Shown here in pieces: positions 1 to 12,167 of a stretch of DNA of 64,000 nt. This stretch comes from Macrostomum lignano (lineage: Eukaryota). Location: the NCBI GenBank assembly GCA_002269645.1, contig NIVC01000598.1, positions 272,010 to 336,009 of the forward strand, given 5' to 3'. The first letter of the stretch is position 1. Each line of letters starts with the position of its first letter. Below the pieces are notes generated by a model. That model worked only from the letters and a program-made list of their open reading frames with translations. It was not told the origin of the DNA and did not search any database. The translations under genes and the position numbers were made by a program.

Positions 1-1324
1 TATTATTATTATTATTATTATTACAAATTCTAATTCTAAAAATTTTGCAATAAAATATATTTTCAAATATAATATTAATAAATTCTTTCTATACAAAATG
101 TTCTGTAGCAAATTTTCAAAAGCTATAATAAAGTTCCCAATTCTGCAATCAAATGATTACAACCTTAGTCTTAGACTCTATTGTCAATCAATATATAAGC
201 AGTGTTGGGCACTGTTAATGAAAATCATAACCTCTGTTAATGGCAAAAGTGTTAACATTGAAACACAAAAACTTTAACTTATAAACACTTAATTTTTTAT
301 GAGGAAGGGCACTTATAATACGTACAAATGTTTTAAATTTACTCATTTTGCCTATTATAGGCCTATTTTGAAGAAAACCATTTTTCAAATTTGCGCTAAA
401 ATACTAACCTTTGTTTAAATGTTGTGATTTGCAAAAATATTCTCACAATTAGTATTTGTTTTAAACTGCAATAAATATTGATATAAATAGAGGCCGTGAG
501 TGGGCCAAATGAAGCAACTTGTTTTGAGCTTCCAATTGCAAGCAAAGTTTAATAAGTCCTTACTAAATCTTAAAAAGCAGTTGTTCAAATTGACTTTTTC
601 ATTTTCTAGAGTTTAAGCCCCCTATTGGGAGAATTAGAGAACTGCTAAGGAGCGAGAATTGCCTCAGGGCAATAACCCTATAGAGTATATAACTGCCTCA
701 GGGCAGGAAAAGCACCTCAGGGCAAGGAAAATGCATAAGGCTATGACCCTCTGATCCAGGGAATGCCCAGGACTGAGAGAAAACTTATAGGAGTAAATAG
801 AGTACTTGTAGACAGTGCCATTAGACCACTCAGACCAAAGAGTACAGTATATGTACAGATGCTACTAATAAGATAAGTAGACGCTACCAATATAGAAGTA
901 GATAGAGGAATAGTCATACTACCAATAATTATAAGTACATTTGTGCAAAAATACATTAATTAAATTAAGTATAGGAATTAGCCCTGCAATAGCTTTGGTG
1001 GCATTGTGAGATTATTTATAAAGACAGAAGTAACCCCTACATCAGTTAAGTTAATTATTAATAAGCATTAATCTGTTAAAGTTAACATATAAAAACAGAA
1101 ATCTTGCACTTTTTTCCAAATCAGACTCCATAATGCAGTGTCTTCATCTTTTTAGCCAAATTCTTGTAAGAGAAAATAGTGATAATAATACATTCAAAGG
1201 GCTGTTAATACTAACATTTTACTAATACAAACAATCACTTCTATAAATATTCTATATTGTTGGCTATTGTCAACTCTGCTATATGCTAATGCTATGAACA
1301 CTGCATTAAGTATACATACTACTA

Positions 1325-2940
1325 CTATCTGATTGTAAGTGAAAGTTCTCAGATATTAAGTCATTTCACTTCAAACTATCATTATTATTATTAATTTATT
1401 AGTATTCAATATAATCTCTATCAGAAGCAATAATATTGTGCCAATGTGCATGCAGAGAATAGATACCCTAGAGCTGTCAAAATTAGAGATTTTATTTGAG
1501 ATGAGATTCGAGACAAGAAAGGCTTATAAGTCGAGAATTTTGAGACGAGACAAGACAAAGTAAATCTAAAAAATATATTTCAGAATTGCATCTTGTCTTG
1601 CTCTTATCTTGCCTTATCTTGTCTTAAATTTCTTGATAAGATACAATTCTAAAATTTATTTTTTAGATTTTCCAGAATACTTTCTTAATTCTAGTTTAAA
1701 TTCTTTGCTATTTATTTATAAGAATTTATGCTTGTAGCATATAGGCCCTTGGCCCTACTATGTCTATTACTAATTTGTCAAAAGACCTGTGTAGATTGTC
1801 TTCAAGTCTGCTATGATACACCTTGCTGCAGAACTGAAATGATAACTAAAAGAGCGCATATGCAATGCAAACTCGTATATAACGATGTTTGTTAAATAAT
1901 TGCTCGACATTGGCTAGATTTTATTTTACCATTTGAAAATTACCCTATCAAGCGTGTTACAACAAACAGTTGTATTTATATGAAAATTTGCTCCCCTTTT
2001 TATATCTTATCACTTAAAAGCTTTTGAAAAAAGGTATCAGAAAAATTCTTGAATCTTGTTGCGAATTTCTTGACAAAATTTGAGATTTCTCGAGACAAGA
2101 AAAAATGTTGAGATCTTGTTTCAAATCTTGTCTTGTCAAGATCTCGTGACAGCTCTAGGATACTTGGAGCTTTGGGAGTCAAAGAAGTCATGCAGATGCT
2201 CCTCGACCTCTAAGTCCTCATCCTTGAAGCTGTGATCAGCCATAGACTGGCTGAGCATAGCAAAAAGGTGGTAGTTGGTAAGTGCAATATCTGGGCTATA
2301 AGGTGGATGGAAAAGAACCTCCCAACCAAAGGCTAGCAGCAGAGAGAATGGGTAACTTCTATGCGGCTATCCAGGTCATGGGCTACCAGCTTGTGCAGCA
2401 CCCAACACCCAAGTTTAGCTTTCATCTATATCTGGCAGAGATGATTGACAATAGCCATCTAGTGCATATTCAGCTCATCAGCCAACTCACCTGTTGTCTG
2501 CTGATTGTTCTCCACAAGGAGGGCTTCTAGGGTATCATTATTGAGTTCAGGTAGATGCCCATTGCAAGGTCTGTCTTCAAGGCCCAGTTCTCCATTCTTG
2601 AAGCACTTGTACTTGTACCTATTGTACCCCAAAGAGGTCTTGATGGTAGACGAGCCGAATGCAATGTTGATGTCAGCAATGAAATTTGCCACTTTCTTGC
2701 CACAAAGGAAATCATTCAGCAACAGCATCAAGAGCCGAAGCTGATGTTTTGTCAAAGGGTTAGATTGCACCATATTAGTGCTGCGCAGCTGAAGCAAGGT
2801 TCAATCCATACAGTGTAGTTGCAGGGTACAATTGTTCACCCTATTTTTACCCATGAAAAAGTTCTAGAACATTCCAGATAAAAAGTTATACTCAAATGTT
2901 AAAAAAATTCTGAAAACTTTCCCTAAAATCAGATCTACTA
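1325..2940 (-). mobile_element. Decayed mariner (DD34D) transposon, interrupted by a nested TIR element
   Basis: Minus-strand fragments read KCFKNGELGLEDRPCNGH (HTH region, about 2600), GWEVLFHPPYSPDIALTNYHLF (about 2250-2320, YSPD motif) and C-terminal GIYSLHAHWHNIIASDRDYIEY* (1399-1467). Degenerate TIRs at about 1326-1352 and 2910-2935 match at about 22/26 positions. Confidence 0.85.
1467..2159. mobile_element. Non-autonomous TIR element (MITE/hAT-like) inserted in the mariner transposase
   Basis: 13-bp perfect TIR CCTAGAGCTGTCA / TGACAGCTCTAGG, with many subterminal GAGACAAGA/TCTTGTCT motifs. ATAC flanks both sides, so the TSD is either 4 bp or a degenerate 8 bp. It splits the mariner C-terminal coding region. 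Confidence 0.75.
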
Positions 2941-2975
2941 GTATTGATACGATACTTTGTTGGTAAATGGTAATA

Positions 2976-3399
2976 TACTCAGCAAAAGCCAAAACCCCCC
3001 ACCCAACTCACGCTGTCACTGTCACACGGCCCAAAAGTTTTGTATGCCATCGGTGACTCGGAAGCAGCTCAGCATTCGCACATTCAAATTGAACTGACCG
3101 TCAAAGTCTTCAGACATGAATCCCATCGAACATGTCTGGGACTTTGTAAAGCGAAGAGTTCAGCAGGATGCCCCACAGAATGCCGAACAGTTGCGACTGG
3201 CGGTGCTGAATGCCTGGCAGCAGCTGCCCCAAGAGTTCATCAACCTGCTGGTGATCAGGATGCCACGACGAGTCACGGCACTTTTGCATGCTCGTGGTTC
3301 CTACACACGATACTGAGACTAGAATTAAAGACATTGCTTAACTTTTGTGCCCGTGTGACAGCGTGAGTTGGGGGGGGGGGGTTCAGCTGTTGCTGAGTA
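2976..3399 (+). mobile_element. Internally deleted Tc1-family transposon
   Basis: Long TIRs (TACTCAGCAA...CAACTCACGCTGTCAC...AAAAGTT) flanked by TA. The internal ORF 3116-3316, MNPIEHVWDFVKRRV...ARGSYTRY, is a typical Tc1 transposase C-terminus. Confidence 0.85.
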
Positions 3400-3849
3400 T
3401 ACTGTATATCCAACAATAAACATACCCCCTGCCTCTTAAATTCAGCTGATTCTTATAAAGTAAGTCAATGCTGATCATTGGCATTTAATGATTACTTTAG
3501 CTCCGAGAAGTAGACTTGAACTAGGCTAGTATAGTAAGCTTGCAATAAGAATGCGAATATAAATTTCGCAGAAAATGAATATTTTAAAATGATGTTTTGA
3601 AAAAAGCAACCTACTCATTACAACAAATCTTATACTCAGTCTAATGTCTTATAATTAGATAACCGCTTATAATTTCTAAAATTGACAGTATTTCACATGT
3701 TTATTATAAGTTAAATTTTAATTTGCTTAGAAAATCTAACTATCTGCCGAATGCAATTTGCAGCAAAAACAGTCTGGACTGCAGTAATTCGTAACGGTTA
3801 CTTCTAGTGGTCCTTGTTCGTAAGATTTGCGAGTGTAACGCGGTTCTGG

Positions 3850-5990
3850 ATGTAATTAATTCTGCTTTCTTATATAGTAATTGATGGTCCGCGACCAGTC
3901 CTAAAAGAACTACATATGTACAATGATAGGGTCAAAGTATGCTGCTGGTAACATTTACTACACATGTACGGATCTAACCATCGAAAATTAAACTATCTAT
4001 TGCATAATAGGTACTGATGCGACAGCGTTCCGGCCAACAGGATTTGTAAGGTTATTTTCCACAATCTCTAATTCCCTTCCCCGCGATTACTCATCCACAT
4101 CCCGCCTACACTTCCGCGTTGTTGCGAAAGCACTGAAGCTCGTTGAACGCGCATACAAAAGCTTTTATTCCCGAAAGCTAGCTATTTCCTTCTCGATCAC
4201 GCGAGTTTCCATTTTTTCATCCCTAATGGAACTAAGACAATTGTAAGTCGTCGGCTCCAATGCTACGCTCGTAGATAATGGATTCATGATTTAGAGGATT
4301 GTAAAATTGTAAGTTGAAGTTTACTGGCTTTACTGGCTTTAGAGAAAACGACTCCATCTTTAAAAATGAGCGGCTGATGATAAAATGATGTTAATATACT
4401 GCAGATCTAGCTAAATGTTCATGCAGCACTTTCGAAAACTGCCCGCGATGTATTCATACGAATTACCAGGAACTTGGATGTGAAATCTATGTAGTTGCAA
4501 GCATTCGATCGTAATAAAAAACCACACAGAATTATTTCGTACGAAATCCACTGATTATATATACTCTTACTTGGATCCCCGGGCCCTGGCAATACGCTCC
4601 TACGGTTAGGTGAGCACCTTATGGCCAACAGCTTTGATCAGTTATTTTAACGCAAATGCCCAAATGCCGTAAAGACGGTCTCTGACTGTTTTTACCCTGG
4701 TTGCCTTCTGGCAGCTTGTCTAAGGGTTGTGCGCAATCCGATTGGCTATGCCAATTTCTAAGGGTCCGCCCCGGAGGGGCTGTGCCTGTTCTAAAAATAA
4801 ACCCTATCTTTCTTAGGTGTACATTCCAATTATTTGGCCCTCGGCCTTGGTTTAGGGGGGGTGGTGCCCGGAGTGAGTTGGTTCTCTGGACTGCAGTGTG
4901 GCTAGGACGGGACTGAGCCCCCCGGTCGTACCCGCCCTGCAGGAAAGAAAATGACCAATTCACAAAGGTGTACGGTAGACCCAGTAGCATGCCAGCCCTG
5001 AGGCTGAGCACCCGGGCTGCAGGTCGGCAAGCTGCCTGCTCTAGGGCTATGGTGCTCCTCCCTTCTGCCAATCTTTTTCTGGGCTGGCATCCCAGCGCTG
5101 TTTTATCCCTAGCTTTGTGCCTTTGTGGCTTTTTATTCTTTTAATCTTTTATCTGGCCAATAGAAGCCTTCCAATTCTCGGAGTTATGAGCTCTGCCCTT
5201 GCCCGGTCCATCTTGCCCTGTCCTCGGGTCCATCTCCTGGCTCCTGCTGAAGGTCCCTGCTTGCGTGTCTCTGGCTCTCATCCTGACAGTGGATTGGTGT
5301 CCTGGGAAGGATGTTCGTCCCGTACCGGGGACAACCGGCTGAGTCCGGAGTCCTCTTGCCCTGGGTGCCTCTTCTCCCGACCCCTTGGCCTGGCCCCCAA
5401 TAATGAGCTGGATAGGCGATGCCCTTGGGTTGGTAGCAATAGAGGTGTTGCCATGTCCGCCTAGAGTCTCCCCCTCGGATACAAGCCTTCCAGACTCACT
5501 CCAATATAGAGCTGGGTAGTGAAAAGCCTTGAGGCTCGAGACCTACAGGCCAAGCTGTATAGGATCGCTCTTGGTAAATAGCTGCCCAGACTCGCTCCAA
5601 TAGTTTAAGCCATTTCCGCAGGTTTAGGAGTAACTCCTCACTCGGACCGCTTTTTTCAAGTAGTATTTCAAGCATTTCGCTCTCCAATTTTTCTGCGCAC
5701 TCCCAAGGACTCGCTGGCTGGGGGGTGGCCTGGGTGGACTCGGTCCTAGCACCGTCCCTGATTCCACTGTTTGGGTTGGCGGTGTCTTGTACCGTAGGCT
5801 TGGGTCAACTCGCCCTTTCCCTAGCTTTAAGCTGGGCCCAATCCCAATGTATTCATGGGGTATCTCGGGCCCTGGACAGCTAATGCCTTGGCCCCTGGAA
5901 GTGCCCCTCGCGGCAGAGCCCACCCCAGGGCTGATCCGCGGGTCCCCCTAGGACCCTTTCGTTTAACAAAAACAACAACAACAAATCTAC
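3850..5990 (+). mobile_element. Highly decayed non-LTR retrotransposon remnant
   Basis: Stop-ridden + strand translation shows RT-like blocks in the right order: GFVRLFST, LMELRQL*VVG, ADDKMML (about 4370) and YIYSYLD (about 4560). A GC-rich tail ends in an (AAC)n tract at about 5965-5985. Judged by eye only. Confidence 0.4.
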
Positions 5991-7789
5991 GAGACATCCA
6001 GGGCTTTCACGTGGTAAATCTATGAACAATCCATGGTATTCCCGTGAAATTAAGAGCTCAAATTAATCTTGTAACAGTAGTCAACAGTTAGTACCGTGTG
6101 CAAAAAAAAGTAAATATGCCTAAACCAATTACAATATAAAACATACATTTTGAAAGAAGCAGCATATTTTTAAAATTAAGGATGCGTCATAATTGAAAAA
6201 AGTTGTTTATGTTTAAGTTAACGCTTTATTTAAATATGCTTAATCAATTCATTTTTTAGGCGCATGCATGCATCCAGGTATTTGCGCTATCGATCATGCG
6301 CATTGCGCAGCTAGTGAGCTACATTAGCCTTCGCAGCTATAAGCTAAATGAGTCATGGTAGTAGGATTAACATTGACCGACTGAGATACAAATAAATAGT
6401 TGCAACCTAATAATAAGGTGTATTTACCGAACTTTGTTGTAGATCTTTTTTAAAAACATTTATCAATTATCACTTATCAGGACTACTGAGTCTGTGTCTG
6501 AGTGTAGTTATGTTATTGTTCATGTTAGTTTTGTTTTTGGTCTGCTAATAATACTAAAATAGGATAGGGCTAAGCGCCTATGCCATTAAAAAAATATGTT
6601 TTAATTTTTTAAATATTTTCTAAGCCTAGGGTAGGCTACTAGGCCCATGCTGCCCATATCTTATTATTTTTGTAATTTTTGTCTAACCTTTGAATTTGTC
6701 TTTGACATACTTTTCAGGGGTTAAAATTTGCATTGTTGGATAAGTTCCTTGAAAAAAACTTATCTTTATCATGTTACTATAAGTTGTAACTTAACTTTTT
6801 AGTTCTTACCTAAGTTAGGGACCTAGGCCCTACCACTTTAAAAAATAATATTTAGCTTGTGTTATTGTTAACATTTCTATTACTGCTAACTTTTTACTCA
6901 CAAATTCTAATGTTCTTAATGTGATAGGACTATTTCTTATTCTTATTCTATATTTTTTTTAAAGCTACCATCAAAGTTGTTACAATGCTCCTTGTTTTCT
7001 TTATTCTTTATTAAAATCCTAATAATGACACTAAATTAAAATTGTAACTGTGATTTAAGTCTAGGCCCTACCTTTTGCAATGATCCTACTATTATTTTTA
7101 GGCAGTTGTTATTATTACGGTAACCATATAAATAGTGAAATGGTTATTTTTACAGTTAACATTTAAAACAAATCTAAAAATCCTAAATCTATATACTAAT
7201 TTTGCACTGTATTTGTGCGTGCATGCGTGTAATTGATTTTTTCAAGAATGGCTCAACCAATTCTCTTCAAACTTGCATTATTCAATCAGAAAATTTCCTG
7301 GGACAGTTCGTGCATCTTGGCTAAGAAATTGCTCAATATTAAAGGGATTAAATATTGAAAACATGATTTTTTGCAAAGTTCAAGCAGTTCTTTTGACCTG
7401 AAATGCATTGTAAGAATGCTAGAAAAAACCTGACTGACTGAATTTCAATTCTAATAAGATTGCATCACAACAAGTTGAAAACAGTGCCGAAGAAATGCAT
7501 ACACGACTTGATTTAAATTGTGTAACCATATTGCTAACTTAAATTGAGACTGATACTAGCTGACTAAGAAATTGATTATGTCATAACTTTTTGCTCTAAC
7601 TGACTTGCTGAAAGATTGAATTATAAGGGCCACAATTCATGTTCTCCAATCGACAAGAGATAGCCTAGATGCGAACAGACTAGACTGCTAATTCAGCAAC
7701 CTGGGTTTGAATCTTAGTAGTGCAAAATAATTTTTTATTAAAACATCTTAAAAACAAAATGCTAAACATAAAAGAAGCACAATGTCAAA

Positions 7790-8170
7790 CAAAAGTGGCA
7801 CCATTTCAAACATTAAAGGCCACCATGTCAAACATATATGTGACTCCATGTCTAACATTAAAGATTCACCATGTCAAACATTAAAGGGCCACCATGTCAA
7901 ACATTAAAGGGCCACTATGTCAAACATTAAAGAGCCATCATTATAGACATTAATTTGCCACCAGGTCAAACATTAAAGAGCCACCATGTCAAATACAAAA
8001 CAGCTACCATGTCAAACATAAAACTGGCACGATGTCTAACATTAAAGAGCCACCATATCAAACATTAAAGAGCCACCATATCAAACAATAAAGAGCCACC
8101 ATGTCAAACATAATAGAGACAATTACAAACGTAAAAAGAAGTGTCATGCCAATCATAAAGTAGCCACTAT
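7790..8170. repeat. About 23-bp minisatellite A inside Helitron L
   Basis: Degenerate tandem units of CACCATGTCAAACATTAAAGAGC. Confidence 0.85.
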
Positions 8171-8199
8171 AAAGCTAAGGAAATTATTGCACTAGATAC

Positions 8200-8550
8200 T
8201 TATTGTCTGGTGGATGCTTGCTATTTAAGATAGATACTTGCTATCAATTGGATGCTTGCTATCTGGAGGTGCTTGCTATTTGGGGATGCTTGCTTTCTAA
8301 GGGTGCTTGCTATTAGGTGGATGCTTGCTATCTTGGGGTGCTTACTATCTGGGGTGCCTACTATCTGGGGGTGCTTGCTATTTAGAGATGCTTGCTATCT
8401 GGGGATGCTTGCTATCTAGGGGTGCTTGCTATCTAAAGGTGCTTGCTATTAGATGGATGCTTGCTATCTGGGGTGCCTGCTATCTAGGGGTGCTTGCTAT
8501 CTGGAGATGCTTGCTATCTGGGGGTGCTTGCTATCTGGGGGGTTGCTTGC
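8200..8550. repeat. About 18-bp minisatellite B inside Helitron L
   Basis: Tandem units of GCTTGCTATCTGGGGG(A/G)T. Confidence 0.9.
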
Positions 8551-9899
8551 TGTCCTAGGATGTTTTATTTTTGCATTGCACTTTATTTGAGCAGTTTTTC
8601 TATTGTCTATGTGAAGGCTTTATTTGGCTGTCTTTTTGATACTTGTAGAAAGCCAAAGATTCTATCTAGATGCCCCCCTATTGGGGGGCAAAGATTGCTA
8701 GTACTACCTAAATAAAGTGATGAACTTGCGGTGCAAATACTACAATGGTTAAATTAAAAAAATAAAGAAATGTATCATTAATAAATACCATGATAACTTT
8801 TAGTGGATTCTGTCATGGTAGCTTACCTTAGGTAATTGTTAACTATACATTGTAATTTAACTGAAATTTCTTCCACACAACCATAAAAATAACTATTTTG
8901 CTTCCTACCTATGGTAACCATAAAAATAACAGTTTTGCTATTCATATGGTTACATAAATAAAAACCATAGGCCCAGATAGTGTCTTATGCATTAACCGTA
9001 AAAATAGCCATTTTGTTATTTATACAATCATTGTAATATTAACAACTGCCATTTTTTTTAATGTAAAGAAATAAACAAGTCTTTTTAACATTGTAGATAG
9101 CAATTTAATATGCAAACAACTTTATTAGTTTACTAGCTCATAACATAAGCAACAAGTCAATAAGTTAACAAGTCAAGTTATTCTTCTTGGCTTGCTCTAG
9201 GCTCCTATTTATATTCTTTCAGAGATTTGTTAAAAACATTTTATTTTATAAAAATGTTATCTGGTATCACAACAGTCTATTATTTACTATTCTATTTAGT
9301 ATATTTTAAAAAAATAAATCTTTGCTTTTTCATAATTATATTGCTATTAACTAATGCCAATGCTTAGTAGAGGAACAATATACAAAAATTCATAATTGCA
9401 AAAAGCCAAAAAGAAATACACCAAAAGAACATTTATTGGCTATCTTGTAGAATCATTTGTTAAACTCACTATATACACATTTTTTAGCTATTGACATTGA
9501 ACTTTTCTAAAATGAATATTTTTATTATGCCAATATTTTAGAAATGTTTTGGCATTAAAATTCCATTGTTAATCCTTAATTGAGATTAAGATTAATTGAA
9601 ATTGAATCCATATTAGGGTAGAAGGTTGTCTGCTAGCTATTTTTAAGTGGAAAGCACTTTATTTGCTATATTTGCAGCTTAGCATTTCTAACCTCAAAAC
9701 CCTCTTTAAAGCCCCAGGGTTTGTAACTAATTTTGGCACTGTTTTGCCAGTGAAATTAGTGCATAAACTAGCAATCTTCGCCCCCCATTGGGGGACATCT
9801 GTATAGAATCTCTGCTCTCTACAAGTAACAAAAAGATAGCCAAATAAAGCATTCACAAAGAGAACAGACAAAATACTTAAATGAAGTGCAATGCAAAAA

Positions 9900-10370
9900 G
9901 ACAGCAAGCATCCCCCAGATAGCAAGCATCCCCCAGATTGCAAGCATCCCCCGGATAGCAAGCATCCCCCGGATAGCAAGCATCCCCCAGATAGCAAGCA
10001 TCCCCCAGATAGCAAGCATCCCCATGATAGCAAGCATCCCCCAGATAGCAAGCATCCCCCAGATAGCAAGCATCCCCCAGATAGCTAGCATCCCCCAGAT
10101 AGCAAGCATCCCCAGATAGATAGCATCCCCCAAATAGCAAGCATCCCCCAGATAGCAAGCATCCCCAAGGTAGCAAGCACCCCCCAGATAGCAAGCATCC
10201 CCCAGATAGCAAGCACCCCCAGATAGCAAGGATCCCCCAGAAAGCAAGCATCCCCAAGATAGCAAGCTTCCCCCAGATAGCAAACATCCCCCAGATAGCA
10301 AGCATCTTCCAGAGAGCAAGCTCCCCCAGATAGATAGCATCCCCAAATAGCAAGCATCCACCAGACAATA
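9900..10370. repeat. 18-bp minisatellite B (inverted) inside Helitron R
   Basis: Tandem AGCAAGCATCCCCCAGAT; source of several spurious ORFs. Confidence 0.9.
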
Positions 10371-10454
10371 AGTAGCTAGTGCGACAATTTCCTTAGCATT
10401 ATAGTGGCTCCTTTAAAATTCGCTTACTTTTACGTTTGAAATTGTGTATCTTTT

Positions 10455-11180
10455 ATGTTTGGCATGGTGGCTCTTTAATGTTTGACATGGTGGCTCTTTT
10501 ATGTTGACATGGTGGCTCTTTTATACTTGACATGGTGGCTCTTTACTGTTCGAAATGGTGGCTCTTTTATGTTTGACATGGTGGCTCTTTTAGGTTTGAC
10601 ATGATGGCACTATTATGTTTTGACATAGTGGCTCTTTAATGTTTGACATGGTAGCTCTTAAATGTTTGACATGGTAGCTCTTAAATGTTTGACATGGTAG
10701 CTCTTTACTGTTTGAAATGGTGGCTCTTTAATGTTCTACATGGTAACTCTTTTATGTTCGACATGGTGGCTTTTTAATGTCTGACATGGTGGCTCCCAAA
10801 TGTTTGACACGGTGGCTCTTTAATGTTCTTCATGGTGGCTCTTTAATATTCTACATGGTGGCTCTTTTATGTTTGATACGGTGGCTTTTTAATGTCTGAC
10901 ATGGTGGCTATTTTATGTTTGACATGGTGGCTCTTCTATGTTTAACATGGTGGCTCTTTTATGTTTGACACGGTGGCTCTTTAATGTTCGACAAAGTGGC
11001 TATTTGATGTTTGATATGGTGACACTTAAATGTTTGACATAAAGTCACATAAATGTTAGACATGGTGGCTTTTTAATCGTTGACATGGAGTCACGTATAT
11101 GTTTGACATAGTGCTTATTTTATGTTTGGCATGGTGGCTCTTTTATGTTTGACATGGTGGCTCTTCTATGTTTGACATTC
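10455..11180. repeat. About 23-bp minisatellite A (inverted, expanded) inside Helitron R
   Basis: Tandem CATGGTGGCTCTTTAATGTTTGA, about 30 units. Confidence 0.9.
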
Positions 11181-12167
11181 CGCTTCTATTATGTTTAGCA
11201 GTTTTGTGTTTTTAAGGTGTTTTAATAAAAAAATCTTTTTGCACTACTAAGATTCAAACCCAGGTCGCTACATTAGCATTCCAGTCTGTTTGCATCTTGG
11301 CTATCTATTTTCAATTGGAGAACATGAATTGTGGCCCTTATAATTCAATTCTTACAGCAAGTCAATTGGAGTAAAAAGTTATGACATAATCAATTTCTCA
11401 GTCAGCCAGTATCAGTCTCAATTTGAGTTAGCAATATGGTTACACAATTTCATTCAAGTCGTGTGTGCATTTCTTCGGCACTGTTTTCAACTTGTTGTGA
11501 TGCAATCTTTATCACAATCGGAATTCAGCCAGTCAGTTTTTTCTCTAGCATTCTTACAATGAATTTTAGGTCGAAAGAGCTGCTTGACCTTTGCAAAAAA
11601 GCATGTTTTTCGAATATTTAATCCTTTTAACATTGAGAAATTTCTTAGCCAGGATGCATGTACCGTCCCAGGAAAATTTCCGATCAAATGGTGCAAGTCT
11701 GAAGAAAATTGGTTGAGCCATTTTTTCTGGAATCTATCTCACACATACACACAGACATTTCATTTTTAGTATATAGGATTAGAGATTTAGTATATTTAGA
11801 TTTAAAATTGCATAATTGTTAATTGCAATCAAAATGAGGAAAACCTAGAAATTGATGTAAAAGTGAGTTGCAACCTTCACAATAAAATTTAAATGCCAAA
11901 AATATTAACATAATGAAAATATTCATTTTTGAGAAGTTTAATATCAATAACTAAAAAAGTATATAAATAGTGAGTTTTACAAACAATTTTGCAAGATAGC
12001 CCATCCATTTAAATAATTGTATTAATATTATTAAATTTGAATTTTATATCCATATGATATAGCAAATTTTGATAAAAATAGATATAACTAAAGGGGGATT
12101 TAGAAAATGAAAATGATTAAAATTTTAGCAATATGAATAAAGGTGCCATGAATTTTATAAAGGCATA

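Larger units (their letters stand above)
7188..8701 (+). mobile_element. Non-autonomous Helitron-like element (copy L)
   Basis: 5' TCTATATACTAA; 3' hairpin TGCCCCCC-TATT-GGGGGGCA (8671-8690) followed by GATTGCTAG|T; inserted between A and T. Carries two internal minisatellites. Confidence 0.8.
9768..11778 (-). mobile_element. Non-autonomous Helitron-like element (copy R), same family as copy L
   Basis: Reverse complement of copy L along its length. Minus-strand 5' TCCTATATACTAA; 3' GC hairpin plus GATTGCTAG|T at 9768-9795. Confidence 0.8.

Noticed and set aside
630-960. Possible RNase H/CCHC remnant of a LINE (STCRQCH…TKEYSIC) on the + strand
   Set aside because: Too degenerate, with stops and missing conserved residues, to support a call.
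4020-4260. Minus-strand YARSTSFSAFA suggested a DIRS tyrosine recombinase motif
   Set aside because: The catalytic H-x-x-R and other boxes are absent; + strand RT-like blocks explain the region better.
7188-11778. Foldback/Galileo-type element with long repeat-containing TIRs
   Set aside because: Each arm has its own Helitron-type 5' TC and 3' hairpin-CTAG ends, the arms are clearly diverged, and no TSD brackets the whole structure.
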